The notes beneath the pieces were generated by a model that was not told the origin of the DNA, did no database searches, and saw only the letters and a program-made list of their open reading frames with translations. From an uncultured Gemmatimonadales bacterium (GTDB lineage: Bacteria; Gemmatimonadota; Gemmatimonadetes; Longimicrobiales; Longimicrobiaceae), in contig OY970303.1 in assembly GCA_963716255.1 (NCBI GenBank), positions 896,001-960,000 of the forward strand: DNA of 64,000 bases, read 5' to 3'. The translations under genes and the position numbers were made by a program. Shown here in pieces: positions 38,200 to 47,608 of this stretch. Numbering within the stretch: position 1 is the first letter of the stretch; each line of letters starts with the position of its first letter.

Positions 38200-39362
38200 G
38201 AAGCGGGCCGGGGCTCCCCCTCGCGTACCACCACCGTCTCGCTGATCTTGTCGTGCAGCGCCATCCGGTTGCGGTCCCAGAGGATCTGCGCGAAGCCCAG
38301 AAGCCCGGTGAAGATGGAGGCCGCGTAGCCGCCGAAGCGCTCGAACGCCGCCCACCAGCCGATGGGCGCGCCGTTCAGTCGCACCACGCGCATCCCCAGC
38401 ACCCGCTTCCCCGGGGTCTGCCCGCGCCACAGCGCCAGGAAGGCGGTGAAGTACAGCCCGGTCCACCCGAAGCCCAGCCCCAGCTCGTCCGCCACCTTGC
38501 CCACCCAGGTGAGGACGCCGATGCTTTCCCGCTCCTCCTCCAGCGCGTCGTCCAGCCGCTCCTTCTCGGCGCGGGCCGCGGCCAGCTCGGCGCGCAGCGT
38601 CCCCAGGGTGTCCGCCGCGAGCGCGCCGGTCGCCTGCGGGCGCAGCGCGCGCGCGGCCGCGGTGTCCCCCGCCTCCAGCGCCGCCGCGTAGGCGCGCACC
38701 AGCGAATCCGGGGAGGGCGCCGCCGCCACCGCTCCGCCCTCCCCGGCCAGCACCCGCCTGACCCCCGCCTTCACCGCCTCGACGTCCACTTCCGCGGCGG
38801 CATCGGCGAGGCTTGCGCGGATCTCCGTGTCCGGCCGCCCCGCCGCCTTCATCCCCGCCGCGAACGCGGACGCGTGCGTGAACGCTTCCTGCTCGGTGTC
38901 CGCCGTCCGCAGCGCGATCAGCTCGGCGCCGGCCCGGAGCGCCTTCCCCGCCTGGCCCTCGGTCCCCACGACGCGGGAGGCCACCTGCATGGCCCGCGCG
39001 GCCTCGCGGTTGCCGTCGGCGCCGGACCCGGCCCCCTTGCCGCCCATCCCGTCCGCCACGCGGTCCCACAACGCGCTCCCGGCGCCGAAGAGCACCAGCG
39101 CCCCCACCACCGCCGCCCCCACGCGGACCGGCCGCGGCACCACGCGCGGCCCCTTCCTTGCGGCGACGCGGAAGAACACCCAGGCCAGCGCCAGCCCGAA
39201 GAGCACGCCCCCGCCCACGTTCACCAGGAAGGACACCAGGATCAGGTCGATGGCCATGGCCGCGGCGCGGCGGCGCGGGCTGGCGAGCGGGAGCCCCAGC
39301 AGGTGCGGGGCGACGGAGAACGCGTCGGGGGTGATGACGCTGCGCGGATCGACGGCGGTCAT
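38196..39362 (-). CDS. RDD family membrane protein with large central insertion
   Basis: LASPRRRAAAMAID at the N-terminus; GQTPGKRVLGMRVV and R.ALHDKISETVVV at the C-terminus. Confidence 0.85.
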   Translation of the reverse strand: MTAVDPRSVITPDAFSVAPHLLGLPLASPRRRAAAMAIDLILVSFLVNVGGGVLFGLALAWVFFRVAARKGPRVVPRPVRVGAAVVGALVLFGAGSALWDRVADGMGGKGAGSGADGNREAARAMQVASRVVGTEGQAGKALRAGAELIALRTADTEQEAFTHASAFAAGMKAAGRPDTEIRASLADAAAEVDVEAVKAGVRRVLAGEGGAVAAAPSPDSLVRAYAAALEAGDTAAARALRPQATGALAADTLGTLRAELAAARAEKERLDDALEEERESIGVLTWVGKVADELGLGFGWTGLYFTAFLALWRGQTPGKRVLGMRVVRLNGAPIGWWAAFERFGGYAASIFTGLLGFAQILWDRNRMALHDKISETVVVREGEPRPAS

Positions 39363-39461
39363 GGGCGGGGAGGGGAGAGGAGGAAGCGCGGCCCGGCGGG
39401 GGGGACTGCCTGCCGCACGACAAACATGCAGCCGATGCGCCGCTGCTGCAACGAAATGCCG

Positions 39462-40097
39462 CTACCTCACCGCCTCCGCGCGCCACAGCGTCCATGGCCA
39501 CCCGATGCGGCAGCGCTCCACGGTATCCACCTGGAACCCCACGGCCCACAGCAGCACCAGCGCCTCCTTCACTGTCAGCACCCGGTGGTGGCTCCGCCCC
39601 CCGGACCGCAGCCGCAGCCACCACTCCAGCAGCCGCATGGCGGCGGGATCGCGCGACCAGTCCACCAGCAGGAGCCGCCCGCCCGGCCGCAGCACCCGCC
39701 TCACCTCCACCAGCGCCGCCTCCGGCTCCGGCCAGAAGTGCAGCGACGAAGCGGACACCACCGTGTCGAACGCCGCGTCCCCGAAGGGGAGCGCGTCCGC
39801 TGGGGCCGCCACGAAGCCCGCCGGGAACGCCACCGGCGCCGCCTTCCCCGCCGCCACGCGCAGCATTTCCGCGGACAGGTCCACGCCGGTATACCGCGCC
39901 ACGCCGCCATCCCACGTCCCCAGCCGCGGCAGCAGCGCCCCCGTGCCGCACCCCAGGTCCAGCACGCGCCCCGCCTCCCGCCCCGCGAGCAGCGGGCGAA
40001 TGAGCTCCAGGCTCTCGCGCGTGTAGTGCTCCCAGCGCCGGTCGTAGCGCGCCGCCAGCGCGTCGTACTCGCGGCGGACGGGGGGGCGGGGCGTCAC
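39462..40097 (-). CDS. Class I SAM-dependent methyltransferase
   Basis: VLDLGCGTG, GVDLSAEML, LPFGDAAFD, RVLRPGG. Confidence 0.9.
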   Translation of the reverse strand: MTPRPPVRREYDALAARYDRRWEHYTRESLELIRPLLAGREAGRVLDLGCGTGALLPRLGTWDGGVARYTGVDLSAEMLRVAAGKAAPVAFPAGFVAAPADALPFGDAAFDTVVSASSLHFWPEPEAALVEVRRVLRPGGRLLLVDWSRDPAAMRLLEWWLRLRSGGRSHHRVLTVKEALVLLWAVGFQVDTVERCRIGWPWTLWRAEAVR

Positions 40098-40122
40098 GGG
40101 CGGGGACTCTCCGCGCGACGGT

Positions 40123-40479
40123 GACCCCCTCCCCCGACACCTCCCCGCAAGGGGGAGGGGAGAACGGCACGACGGCCCCCACCCGGCGGCCTTAGAGCCG
40201 CCACCCTCCCCCAATTCTGGGGGAGGGCTTCCTGACGCTCGACTTCCGGCGTGTCGTAGCCGTTCTCCCCCTTTCCCCCGCTTGCGGGGGAGAGGGGGCC
40301 GGGGGGTGAGGGGATCCACCCACGCGGACGCCAGCGCGAAACCCGCGTGAGGGATTTCGGGCCGAAGGGGCGAGACCCGGCGGCAGTTTGCCGGGGCTCG
40401 ACTCCGTTACGCACGGTTGTTTCGTGCGTTACGGAGCCGAAGCCCGACCCCGGCGCCAGCCGGGGGCACGCCCAACCCC
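40123..40479. repeat. Mosaic repeat cluster: palindromes C-D-C followed by family A copy A6 (40345-40479, +)
   Basis: Same D-C-A order as 6235-6532. Confidence 0.9.
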
Positions 40480-40575
40480 GCAGTCCAAGCCGTTCAGCCG
40501 TACAAAAACGAGGGCCGCGCCCCCGCACACCGGAGACACGGCCCTCGAAAGAACTCATACGGAAACGCCCTCCGC

Positions 40576-42246
40576 CTACATCTGCTTGTACGCCGGCCCG
40601 CTCCCCCCCTCGCGCGGGGTCCAGCGCGGCCCGATCACGTCCGTGGCCTTGCAGTCGATGCAGTTGGGCGCGTTCACCACCAGCCGGTCGCCCTGCATCT
40701 CGTACACGCCCGCCGGGCACATGTGCACGTACATCTCGGCCACCTCCGCGGGCACGTCCTTCCCCACGACCAGGTGCGAGGGGATGTCGTCGCGGGTCTG
40801 GTTGCCCGCCTTGAACACCGCGTCCACCTTGCTGAAGGTGAGCCGCCCGTCCGGCGTGAACGGCTCGGCGGGGGCCGGCTCGCGCTGCGCCTCGGCATCG
40901 GAGTGCATGCTGATCTTTCCGCCGGGGAACCGCCCGCCGGTGAGCGTCATCAGCCCCGCCTTCGCCCCGCCCACGAAGAACCCGTCCTTGAAGGCCAGCC
41001 GCATGTTGCGGGTGCGGTACAGGTCGTCGCGGATGTAGCTGCCCTTGACCGTGGTGTCGTACGAGGCCAGCCCCGCCGCGGAGGTGTCGCCGCGCTTCAG
41101 CGCCTCGAAGATGGCGCGCGCCGCGAACATCCCGGACTGCATGGCGTAGTGGATCCCCTTGAGGGAGGGGACGTCCACGAAGCCCGCCGTGTCGCCCGCC
41201 ATGAGCAGCCCGTCGCCGTGCAGCCGCTCGGGAAGGGCGTAGAAGCCGCCCTCGGGGATGGTCTTCGCGCCCCACTCCACCATCTCCCCGCCCTCCAGGT
41301 ACTTGCGGAAGAAGGGGTGGAGCTTCATGCGCTGGAAGAGCTGGTGCACGTCCAGCGTGCTCCTGCGGTAGTCCATCCCCGCCACCAGCCCGATCGCCAC
41401 CAGGTTGGGCGCCAGCGGGTACATGAAGCTCCCGCCGAAGGTGTCGCGCGGCAGCGGCCACCCCAGCGTGTGCACGATCTCCTCCAGCGGCACCCTGGTC
41501 TCCCACACCTCCTTGACGCCCAGCGCGAAGATCTGCGGGTTCTGCGAGGGGATCCCCTGCCACTGCCGGTACGCCTGGGCCAGCGGCCCGCGCGTCCCCT
41601 CGGTGAGCACCGTCACCCGGGCGGTGAGGTCGGTGGGCGGCTCGTAGCCGGAACCCGGCTCGCCGGCGCGGTTGAGCCCCGCGGGGGTGGTGCGGACGCC
41701 CACCACCTTCTGTCCGTCCACCAGCAGCGAGTCCGCCGGGAAGCCGGGGAGCACGTTGACGCCCAGCTCCTCCGCCTTGCCGCCCAGCCAGCGCACCATC
41801 TCGCAGATGGAGCCGATGAAGTTGCCCTGGTTGTGCATGGGCGGCGGCGTGGGGATGCGCACCGCCCCGGTGCCCGTGAGCAGGTGCACCGACTCGCCCC
41901 TGACCGCGCCGCGGAAGGGGAAGTCCTCGTCCCCGAGCTCCGGGAACAGCTCGCGGAAGGCGCGCGGGTTGACCACGGCGCCGCTCAGGTTGTGCTCGCC
42001 CAGCGAGGCGGCCTTGTCCAGCACGGCGATGTTGACCTCGCCCAGCGAGCCGCCCGACTCGGCGTCCTTCTGGACCAGGCGCGCGAGCTCGATGGCGCCG
42101 GCCAGCCCGGCCGGCCCCGCGCCGACGAAGACCACGTCCATCTCGATGGCCTCGGCGTCGGGCGCCTCGGCGAGGATCATCCGGTCCTGCGGGAGGCCGG
42201 GCTGGAAGCGTGCGGGGACGAAGGGCCCGCGAGCGCCGTCTGCCAT
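40576..42246 (-). CDS. Electron transfer flavoprotein-ubiquinone oxidoreductase
   Basis: VGAGPAGL, SGAV, GVKEVW, GAKTIPEGG, KGIHYAM; C-terminal CPAGVY...NCIDCKATD Fe-S region; W..REGG.GP.Y. Confidence 0.9.
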   Translation of the reverse strand: MADGARGPFVPARFQPGLPQDRMILAEAPDAEAIEMDVVFVGAGPAGLAGAIELARLVQKDAESGGSLGEVNIAVLDKAASLGEHNLSGAVVNPRAFRELFPELGDEDFPFRGAVRGESVHLLTGTGAVRIPTPPPMHNQGNFIGSICEMVRWLGGKAEELGVNVLPGFPADSLLVDGQKVVGVRTTPAGLNRAGEPGSGYEPPTDLTARVTVLTEGTRGPLAQAYRQWQGIPSQNPQIFALGVKEVWETRVPLEEIVHTLGWPLPRDTFGGSFMYPLAPNLVAIGLVAGMDYRRSTLDVHQLFQRMKLHPFFRKYLEGGEMVEWGAKTIPEGGFYALPERLHGDGLLMAGDTAGFVDVPSLKGIHYAMQSGMFAARAIFEALKRGDTSAAGLASYDTTVKGSYIRDDLYRTRNMRLAFKDGFFVGGAKAGLMTLTGGRFPGGKISMHSDAEAQREPAPAEPFTPDGRLTFSKVDAVFKAGNQTRDDIPSHLVVGKDVPAEVAEMYVHMCPAGVYEMQGDRLVVNAPNCIDCKATDVIGPRWTPREGGSGPAYKQM

Positions 42247-42446
42247 GGAATCACCCTGTGCGTCTGTAGATGCGCGGGCCTTGGTCGGGCCCGCCGGTGT
42301 GGCGGGATAATACGGGCTCGCCGTTCCGGCCGCAAAGTATGCGCCCCCGGGGCCTCTCAAGGTTCCCCGCCGCGCCGCCGATGTTTACTTCGTGGACATC
42401 GGCCGTCCCTTCCCGCGCGCCGGTCCCCCCCCTCCACCGGCCACGC

Positions 42447-43562
42447 ATGGACACCACGCGCTCGCTCGGCACCTACCGCCGGCTCTCCCGGCTCCCCTTC
42501 CCGCGCACCTACCTGGGCAAGTTCCTCCTCACCGCCTTCCTGGGCGTGCACGTGCCCCTCATCGCGGTGCTGGCGTACGTGGCGCTCCGCTCCGGCGACT
42601 GGAGCGCGGCGCTCCCCGTGCTGGGAGTGACGCTGGGAGCCACCCTGGGCGGCACCGCCGCTACGCTTTACGTGCAGGCGCGGCTGCTGGCCCCCGTGCT
42701 CCGCACGGCGGAGGCGCTGGATGCCTACGTCGCCCGCCGCGAGCTCCCATCCCTCCCCACCGGCTTCGGCGACGAGGCGGGGCGGCTGATGCGGGGCGCG
42801 CGGGAGTGCATCGAGCACCTGGACCGCCTGGTGCGGCTCCGCAGCGACCTGCTCGCGGTGGTCTCGCACGACATCCGGAACCCGCTCACCAGCATCTCCG
42901 CCGCCAACGACCTGTCGCGGCTGGTGCTGGCCGGCCCCCTGTCCGAGCCGGACGTGGCGGAGCTGCGCGAGTACACCGACATCATCCGCGACGCGGCGCG
43001 CCGGCAGCTGGAGCTGATGAACCACGTGCTGGGCCTGGCCCGCGCCGAGTCGGGCGAGCTCCAGGTGTCGCGCGAGACCACCACGCCGGGGCGGCTGATC
43101 CGGCGCGCGGTGGACGGGCTTCGCCTCCAGGCCCGGCAGAAGGGCGTGGAGCTGGCGGTGCGCGAGTCCGCGGGCGACGACGACCGGCCGGTGGAGCTGG
43201 ACGCGGCGAAGACGGAACAGGTGCTGGCGAACCTGGCGCAGAACGCGCTCAAGTTCACCCCGGCCGGGGGCCGGGTGGAGGTGGGAGCCGACGTGGCGGG
43301 CGGCGGGGTCGAGTTCTGGGTGCGCGACACGGGCGTGGGGATCCCCGCCGAGAGCGTGGAGCACCTGTTCCAGCCGTTCAGCCGGGCGCACCGCCCGGGC
43401 ACGGCGGCGGAGGGGGGCTCCGGGCTGGGGCTCTGGATCTGCCGCACCTTCACCGAGGTGCAGGGGGGCCGCCTCACCGTGCAGAGCGCTCCGGGGGAAG
43501 GGTCGGTGTTCCGCGTGGCGCTGCCGTTTCCTCCCGCCGGCGGCGCCGCCGCGGCAGCCTGA
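42447..43562 (+). CDS. Membrane sensor histidine kinase (HAMP-like, HisKA, HATPase)
   Basis: 2 TM; SHDIRNPL, NALKFT, DTGVGI, GSGLGL. Confidence 0.9.
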   Translation: MDTTRSLGTYRRLSRLPFPRTYLGKFLLTAFLGVHVPLIAVLAYVALRSGDWSAALPVLGVTLGATLGGTAATLYVQARLLAPVLRTAEALDAYVARRELPSLPTGFGDEAGRLMRGARECIEHLDRLVRLRSDLLAVVSHDIRNPLTSISAANDLSRLVLAGPLSEPDVAELREYTDIIRDAARRQLELMNHVLGLARAESGELQVSRETTTPGRLIRRAVDGLRLQARQKGVELAVRESAGDDDRPVELDAAKTEQVLANLAQNALKFTPAGGRVEVGADVAGGGVEFWVRDTGVGIPAESVEHLFQPFSRAHRPGTAAEGGSGLGLWICRTFTEVQGGRLTVQSAPGEGSVFRVALPFPPAGGAAAAA

Positions 43563-43953
43563 AACGGGGGTAGCCGGCCCGGAGGAGCCACCCTGTCGAG
43601 AGATCGTAAGCGGGGCGCGCGCGGCGAATGGAGGCGCCGGCAAAACGCCCGAAAACCGCTTTTCACGATTCCAGCCGCCCTCCGCACCTGGGTGTTTCCG
43701 GGTGTGTCCGTGACTAAATCGTTGTAAAACGGGGGTGTCCGGGTGGAAAACTCGGGAATTGACGGTGGGAAACCCCGACAATTGTGGAAAACTCACGACC
43801 TGGCACGCATTTTGACGTAGTTTGCCGGTTCCCCAGCACCCGCGCGGCCCCGCGCCCGGCTCCTCCGCCGGGCGGTTATTTTTTTCTTGCGTCCGTGCCC
43901 CGCGCGAACGATCTTGGGTTGCCCCGTCCGGCTCCCTCTCCCCCGCCCCGTCC

Positions 43954-44364
43954 ATGCCAGACTCCACCCCCCGCGAACAGCTCCTCCAGGAGCTGGAGCA
44001 GCTCGCCGAGCGCGCGACCCCCGGCCCCTGGGAGGCCAAGGTGGCGGTCGACTTCGTCGCCGGAGAGGCACACCGTACCGTGGTCCACTACCCCGCCGGC
44101 ACGCACCACTGCGTCCCGGTCGTTTCGCCCGACGGCGAGATCTCGCCCGAGGACCAGGCCTTCATCGCCGCCATGAGCCCTTCCGCCGCGCAGTGGATGC
44201 TGCGCGAGCTGCGGCGCCTGGGGCGCGTGGAGCGCCAGTACCAGCGCATGGCCAGCCACATGCGCCACGTGGACGAGTTCCTGCGCCGCCGCGGGCTCCA
44301 GGGCGAGGCGCAGCGCTTCGCGGCGGTGCGCGAGCAGCTCAGCGAGATCGACTGGGCGTCCTGA
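43954..44364 (+). CDS. Hypothetical protein with phage Ead/Ea22-like motifs
   Basis: LAERATPGPW...DQAFIAAMSP...MLRELRRL. Confidence 0.6.
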   Translation: MPDSTPREQLLQELEQLAERATPGPWEAKVAVDFVAGEAHRTVVHYPAGTHHCVPVVSPDGEISPEDQAFIAAMSPSAAQWMLRELRRLGRVERQYQRMASHMRHVDEFLRRRGLQGEAQRFAAVREQLSEIDWAS

Positions 44365-44644
44365 ACGGCAGGGGACAGGGGACAGCCTGCAGCTGCGACG
44401 GCAGTCGGAAAAGTTGAAGCGCCCCCGCCGGCAGGTCCGGTGGGGGCGCCGTCGTTCGTCGTGCCCGCGCGCCGGCGCCGCCGCGGCCATTCGCAGAGGA
44501 AGAGCCCACGATTCGCTACCGATTTTCCCTTATGACTGGAAATGTATTAAGATGGCATACGCGCCGAAGCTGCCATTCGCAGAGGAAAGGACTCGGCACG
44601 GCGCTTCGGCGGGCCGCCCCCACTTCCTGCACTCACGGAGATCC

Positions 44645-45046
44645 ATGACAATCCGGAACTCGTTGCTCGCCCTCGCCTTCGTCGGCGGACTCGCCGCATG
44701 CGAGCAGGCCCCCACCGCCTCGCCGGACGATGCCCACATCAGGGCAAATGTTGCTCCCTACGCAGTGATCACCGTCGATTCGATCCGGCCGGACGGCTAC
44801 AGCTACCGCTACTACCTGAACGGGGCGGGCTCCTACGACCCGGACGGGCTGTCCGTGACCTACTACTGGACGACGACCTGCCCGGACGCCTTCGCCTCGC
44901 GGTACTCGTCCACGTTCTACGCCCAGAACGGCCAGTATGCCGCCCTGGGAGCGACGTGCAGGGTCACGCTGCAGGTCACCGACGTGAACGGAGCCACCCG
45001 CTCCACGGCCGTCTTCGTGGAGAACAGCCCTCCGCAGATCGATTGA
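44645..45046 (+). CDS. Lipoprotein with PKD-like beta domain
   Basis: LAAC lipobox; LNGAGSYDPDG..VTYYW, VTLQVTD.NGAT. Confidence 0.75.
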   Translation: MTIRNSLLALAFVGGLAACEQAPTASPDDAHIRANVAPYAVITVDSIRPDGYSYRYYLNGAGSYDPDGLSVTYYWTTTCPDAFASRYSSTFYAQNGQYAALGATCRVTLQVTDVNGATRSTAVFVENSPPQID

Positions 45047-45070
45047 TCCGAAGCCCGGCAGCCGTTCGCC

Positions 45071-45230
45071 GTTCCACAGTTGTGCCCATATGAATCTGTA
45101 CGGGAGGAGACTCGCCGGCTGTTTGGCGAGGCTCCTCCCGTGCGCAGGGAGACCCACAGCAGTTCCGTGGGGCTCCCGGAGCCCGCGCAGGAGACGGACG
45201 GCTGTATCGTCAACGGCTCCGGAGCGGCCC
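45071..45230 (-). repeat. Family B element, copy B3 (diverged)
   Basis: Reverse complement is colinear with B1/B2 (CTCCTGCGCGGGCTCCGGGAGCC; GAGCCTCGCCAAACAGCCGGCGAGTCTC). Confidence 0.85.
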
Positions 45231-45259
45231 GCCGACCTCAACGCATCACGACAAAACCC

Positions 45260-47269
45260 TCACCGCGCGTCCACCAGGTTGGGCTCCATGAAGTAGTCGA
45301 AGTCGTGCTCGGAGCTCCGCCACGCCCGCACCCGGAAGATGCGCGCCGGCGCCCCCGGATCCAGGTACACCCGCTGCGCGGACCCCTGCCAGAAGAAGCG
45401 CTCGCCGGTGAGCAGCTCCTCCACCTCCCAGGGATCGTGCTGGCCCATGCCCATGAGGTCCAGCGGGAACCAGAGCGAGGTCTCGTGCCCCTGGAACGGG
45501 TCCAGGCTCACGGCCACGAACACGATGTTGGTGCGGTCCGGCGTGGCCTTGCCGTAGAACAGCACCTGCTCGCTGTCCGCCCCGTAGAAGCGCAGGTTGT
45601 CGTACTCCTGGAGCGCCGGGTTGGCCCTGCGCACGGCGTTCAGCCGCGTGATCAGGGGGCGGATGTTTCCCTCGCGCTCCCAATCCCACGCCTTGATCTC
45701 GTACTTCTCCGAGTCCAGGTATTCCTCCTTGCCCGGCCCCAGCGGCGTGTTCTCGCACAGCTCGAAGCCGGAGTAGATGCCGTACACCGACGACAGCGTG
45801 GCCGCGAGCACGGCGCGGATCATGAACGCCGGCCGCCCGCCGCGCTGCAGGAACTCGGGGAGGATGTCGGGCGTGTTGGGGAAGAGGTTGCCGCGGAAGT
45901 ACTCCCGCATGGGCCCCTGCGCCAGCTCCTGGAAGTACTCCGTGATCTCGCCCTTGAAGTTGCGCCAGGTGAAGTAGGTGTAGCTCTGCGTGAAGCCCGC
46001 CTTCGCCAGGGCGCGCATCATCTTGGGGCGGGTGAACGCCTCGGACAGGAAGATGGCCTCCGGGTGGTCGCGCTGCACCTCGCGGATCACCCACTCCCAG
46101 AACTGCACCGGCTTGGTGTGCGGGTTGTCCACGCGGAAGATCTTGACGCCCTGCTCGATCCAGAACAGGAACACCGACTTCCACTCCTCCCACTGCGCCT
46201 CCCGGTCCTCGCCGTAGAAGTTGAGCGGGTAGATGTCCTGGTACTTCTTGGGCGGGTTCTCGGCGTACTTGATGGTGCCGTCCGGCCGCACGTAGAACCA
46301 CCCCGGGTGCTCCCGTGCGTACGGGTGGTCGGGCGAGACCTGGATGGCGAAGTCCAGGGCGATCTCCAGCCCGTGCTCGTGCGCCGCGGCCACCATGCGG
46401 CGGAACTCCTCCAGGCTCCCCAGCTCCGGGTGCACGTCCTTGTGCCCCCCCGCCTCCCCGCCGATGGCGTACGGCGAGCCCGGCTGGTCGGGCCCCGCGT
46501 TCAGCGTGTTGTTCTTGCCCTTGCGGAACTGGAGCCCGATGGGGTGGATGGGCGGAAAGTACAGCACGTCGAACCCCATGTCCCGCACGTACGGCAGCTT
46601 CCGGATCACGTCGTCCCAGGTGCCGTGGCGCGCCGGGTCGTCCGACATGGAGCGCGGGAACAGCTCGTACCACGCCGCGAAGCGCGCCGCCACCCGGTCC
46701 ACCTGCACCGGCAGCTCGCGGTCGTGGCGGGTCAGGTCCCAGCGGTCCTGCCAGCGCTCCATCAATTCCAGCAGCCCGGGGTCCAGCGCCGCGGCCACCC
46801 GCTCCGCCTGCGTGCCGTCGCCCATCTCCCGCAGGTACGCCTCGATACGCTCCCGGTCGCCGCCCTGCGCCCGTCCCGCCGCGGTGCGCAGCAGCGCCTC
46901 GCCCTCCAGCAGCTCGCTCGCCACGTCCTGCCCCGCGTCGTACTTCTTGCGCGTGTCGGAGGCCCACGTCCCGAAGGCGTCCGTCCACGCCACCACGGTG
47001 AACAGGTAGCGCAGGTTCTCCGTCACCGGGAAGGAGCCGCCCCAGCGGTCGTTGTCCACGAAGCGCATGCGCGCCTCCCTCCACTCCGTCTCGCGCTCGG
47101 TGCGGAACCACACCGCAGCGGCGATGGCGTCGTGCCCCTCCTTGAAGACGTCGGCCTTCACCTCCACCACGTCCCCCACCTCGCGCTTCACGGCGTAGCG
47201 GCCGCAGTCGAGCTCGGGGGACACGTCCTCGATCACGATCTTCCGGCTGGCGTCGATCTTCGGCGGCAT
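45260..47269 (-). CDS. glgE: Alpha-1,4-glucan:maltose-1-phosphate maltosyltransferase
   Basis: WYELFPRS, PPIHPIG, RKGKNN, AENPPKKYQDIYP, FRVDNPHTKP, EAFTRP, QSYTYFTWRN, EEYLDSEKYE. Confidence 0.95.
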   Translation of the reverse strand: MPPKIDASRKIVIEDVSPELDCGRYAVKREVGDVVEVKADVFKEGHDAIAAAVWFRTERETEWREARMRFVDNDRWGGSFPVTENLRYLFTVVAWTDAFGTWASDTRKKYDAGQDVASELLEGEALLRTAAGRAQGGDRERIEAYLREMGDGTQAERVAAALDPGLLELMERWQDRWDLTRHDRELPVQVDRVAARFAAWYELFPRSMSDDPARHGTWDDVIRKLPYVRDMGFDVLYFPPIHPIGLQFRKGKNNTLNAGPDQPGSPYAIGGEAGGHKDVHPELGSLEEFRRMVAAAHEHGLEIALDFAIQVSPDHPYAREHPGWFYVRPDGTIKYAENPPKKYQDIYPLNFYGEDREAQWEEWKSVFLFWIEQGVKIFRVDNPHTKPVQFWEWVIREVQRDHPEAIFLSEAFTRPKMMRALAKAGFTQSYTYFTWRNFKGEITEYFQELAQGPMREYFRGNLFPNTPDILPEFLQRGGRPAFMIRAVLAATLSSVYGIYSGFELCENTPLGPGKEEYLDSEKYEIKAWDWEREGNIRPLITRLNAVRRANPALQEYDNLRFYGADSEQVLFYGKATPDRTNIVFVAVSLDPFQGHETSLWFPLDLMGMGQHDPWEVEELLTGERFFWQGSAQRVYLDPGAPARIFRVRAWRSSEHDFDYFMEPNLVDAR

Positions 47270-47372
47270 CGGCGTTTCTCTGGTCGATTCTGGCAGGTCT
47301 GCTGCGGACGGGGCGGGCGGGCCGCAAGCGGTGGGCCATGGTCATTCTGCAACGGAAACGGCTCTGAACTGC

Positions 47373-47507
47373 GGGGTGGGGCGTGCCCCCGGCTGGCGCC
47401 GGGGTCGGGCTTCGGCTCCGTAGGGCTGCAAACAACGCAGCCCAACGGAGTCGAGCCCGCGCAAACAACCGCGCGGTCTCGCCCCTCCGGGCCGTAATCC
47501 CTCACGC
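47373..47507 (-). repeat. Family A element, copy A7, followed by palindrome D at 47541-47597
   Basis: Reverse-complement full copy. Confidence 0.95.
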
Positions 47508-47608
47508 AACTGCCTTCGTGACCTCAATATCCCGCAGTTGCCCCCTTTCCCAGAATTGGGAGAGGGTGGCGAGCCTCAAGCGAGCCGGGTGAGGGCCGGT
47601 GCCGTCCT

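Noticed and set aside
43780..43794. DnaA box suggesting oriC
   Set aside because: Only one full match, no DUE and no dnaA/dnaN context
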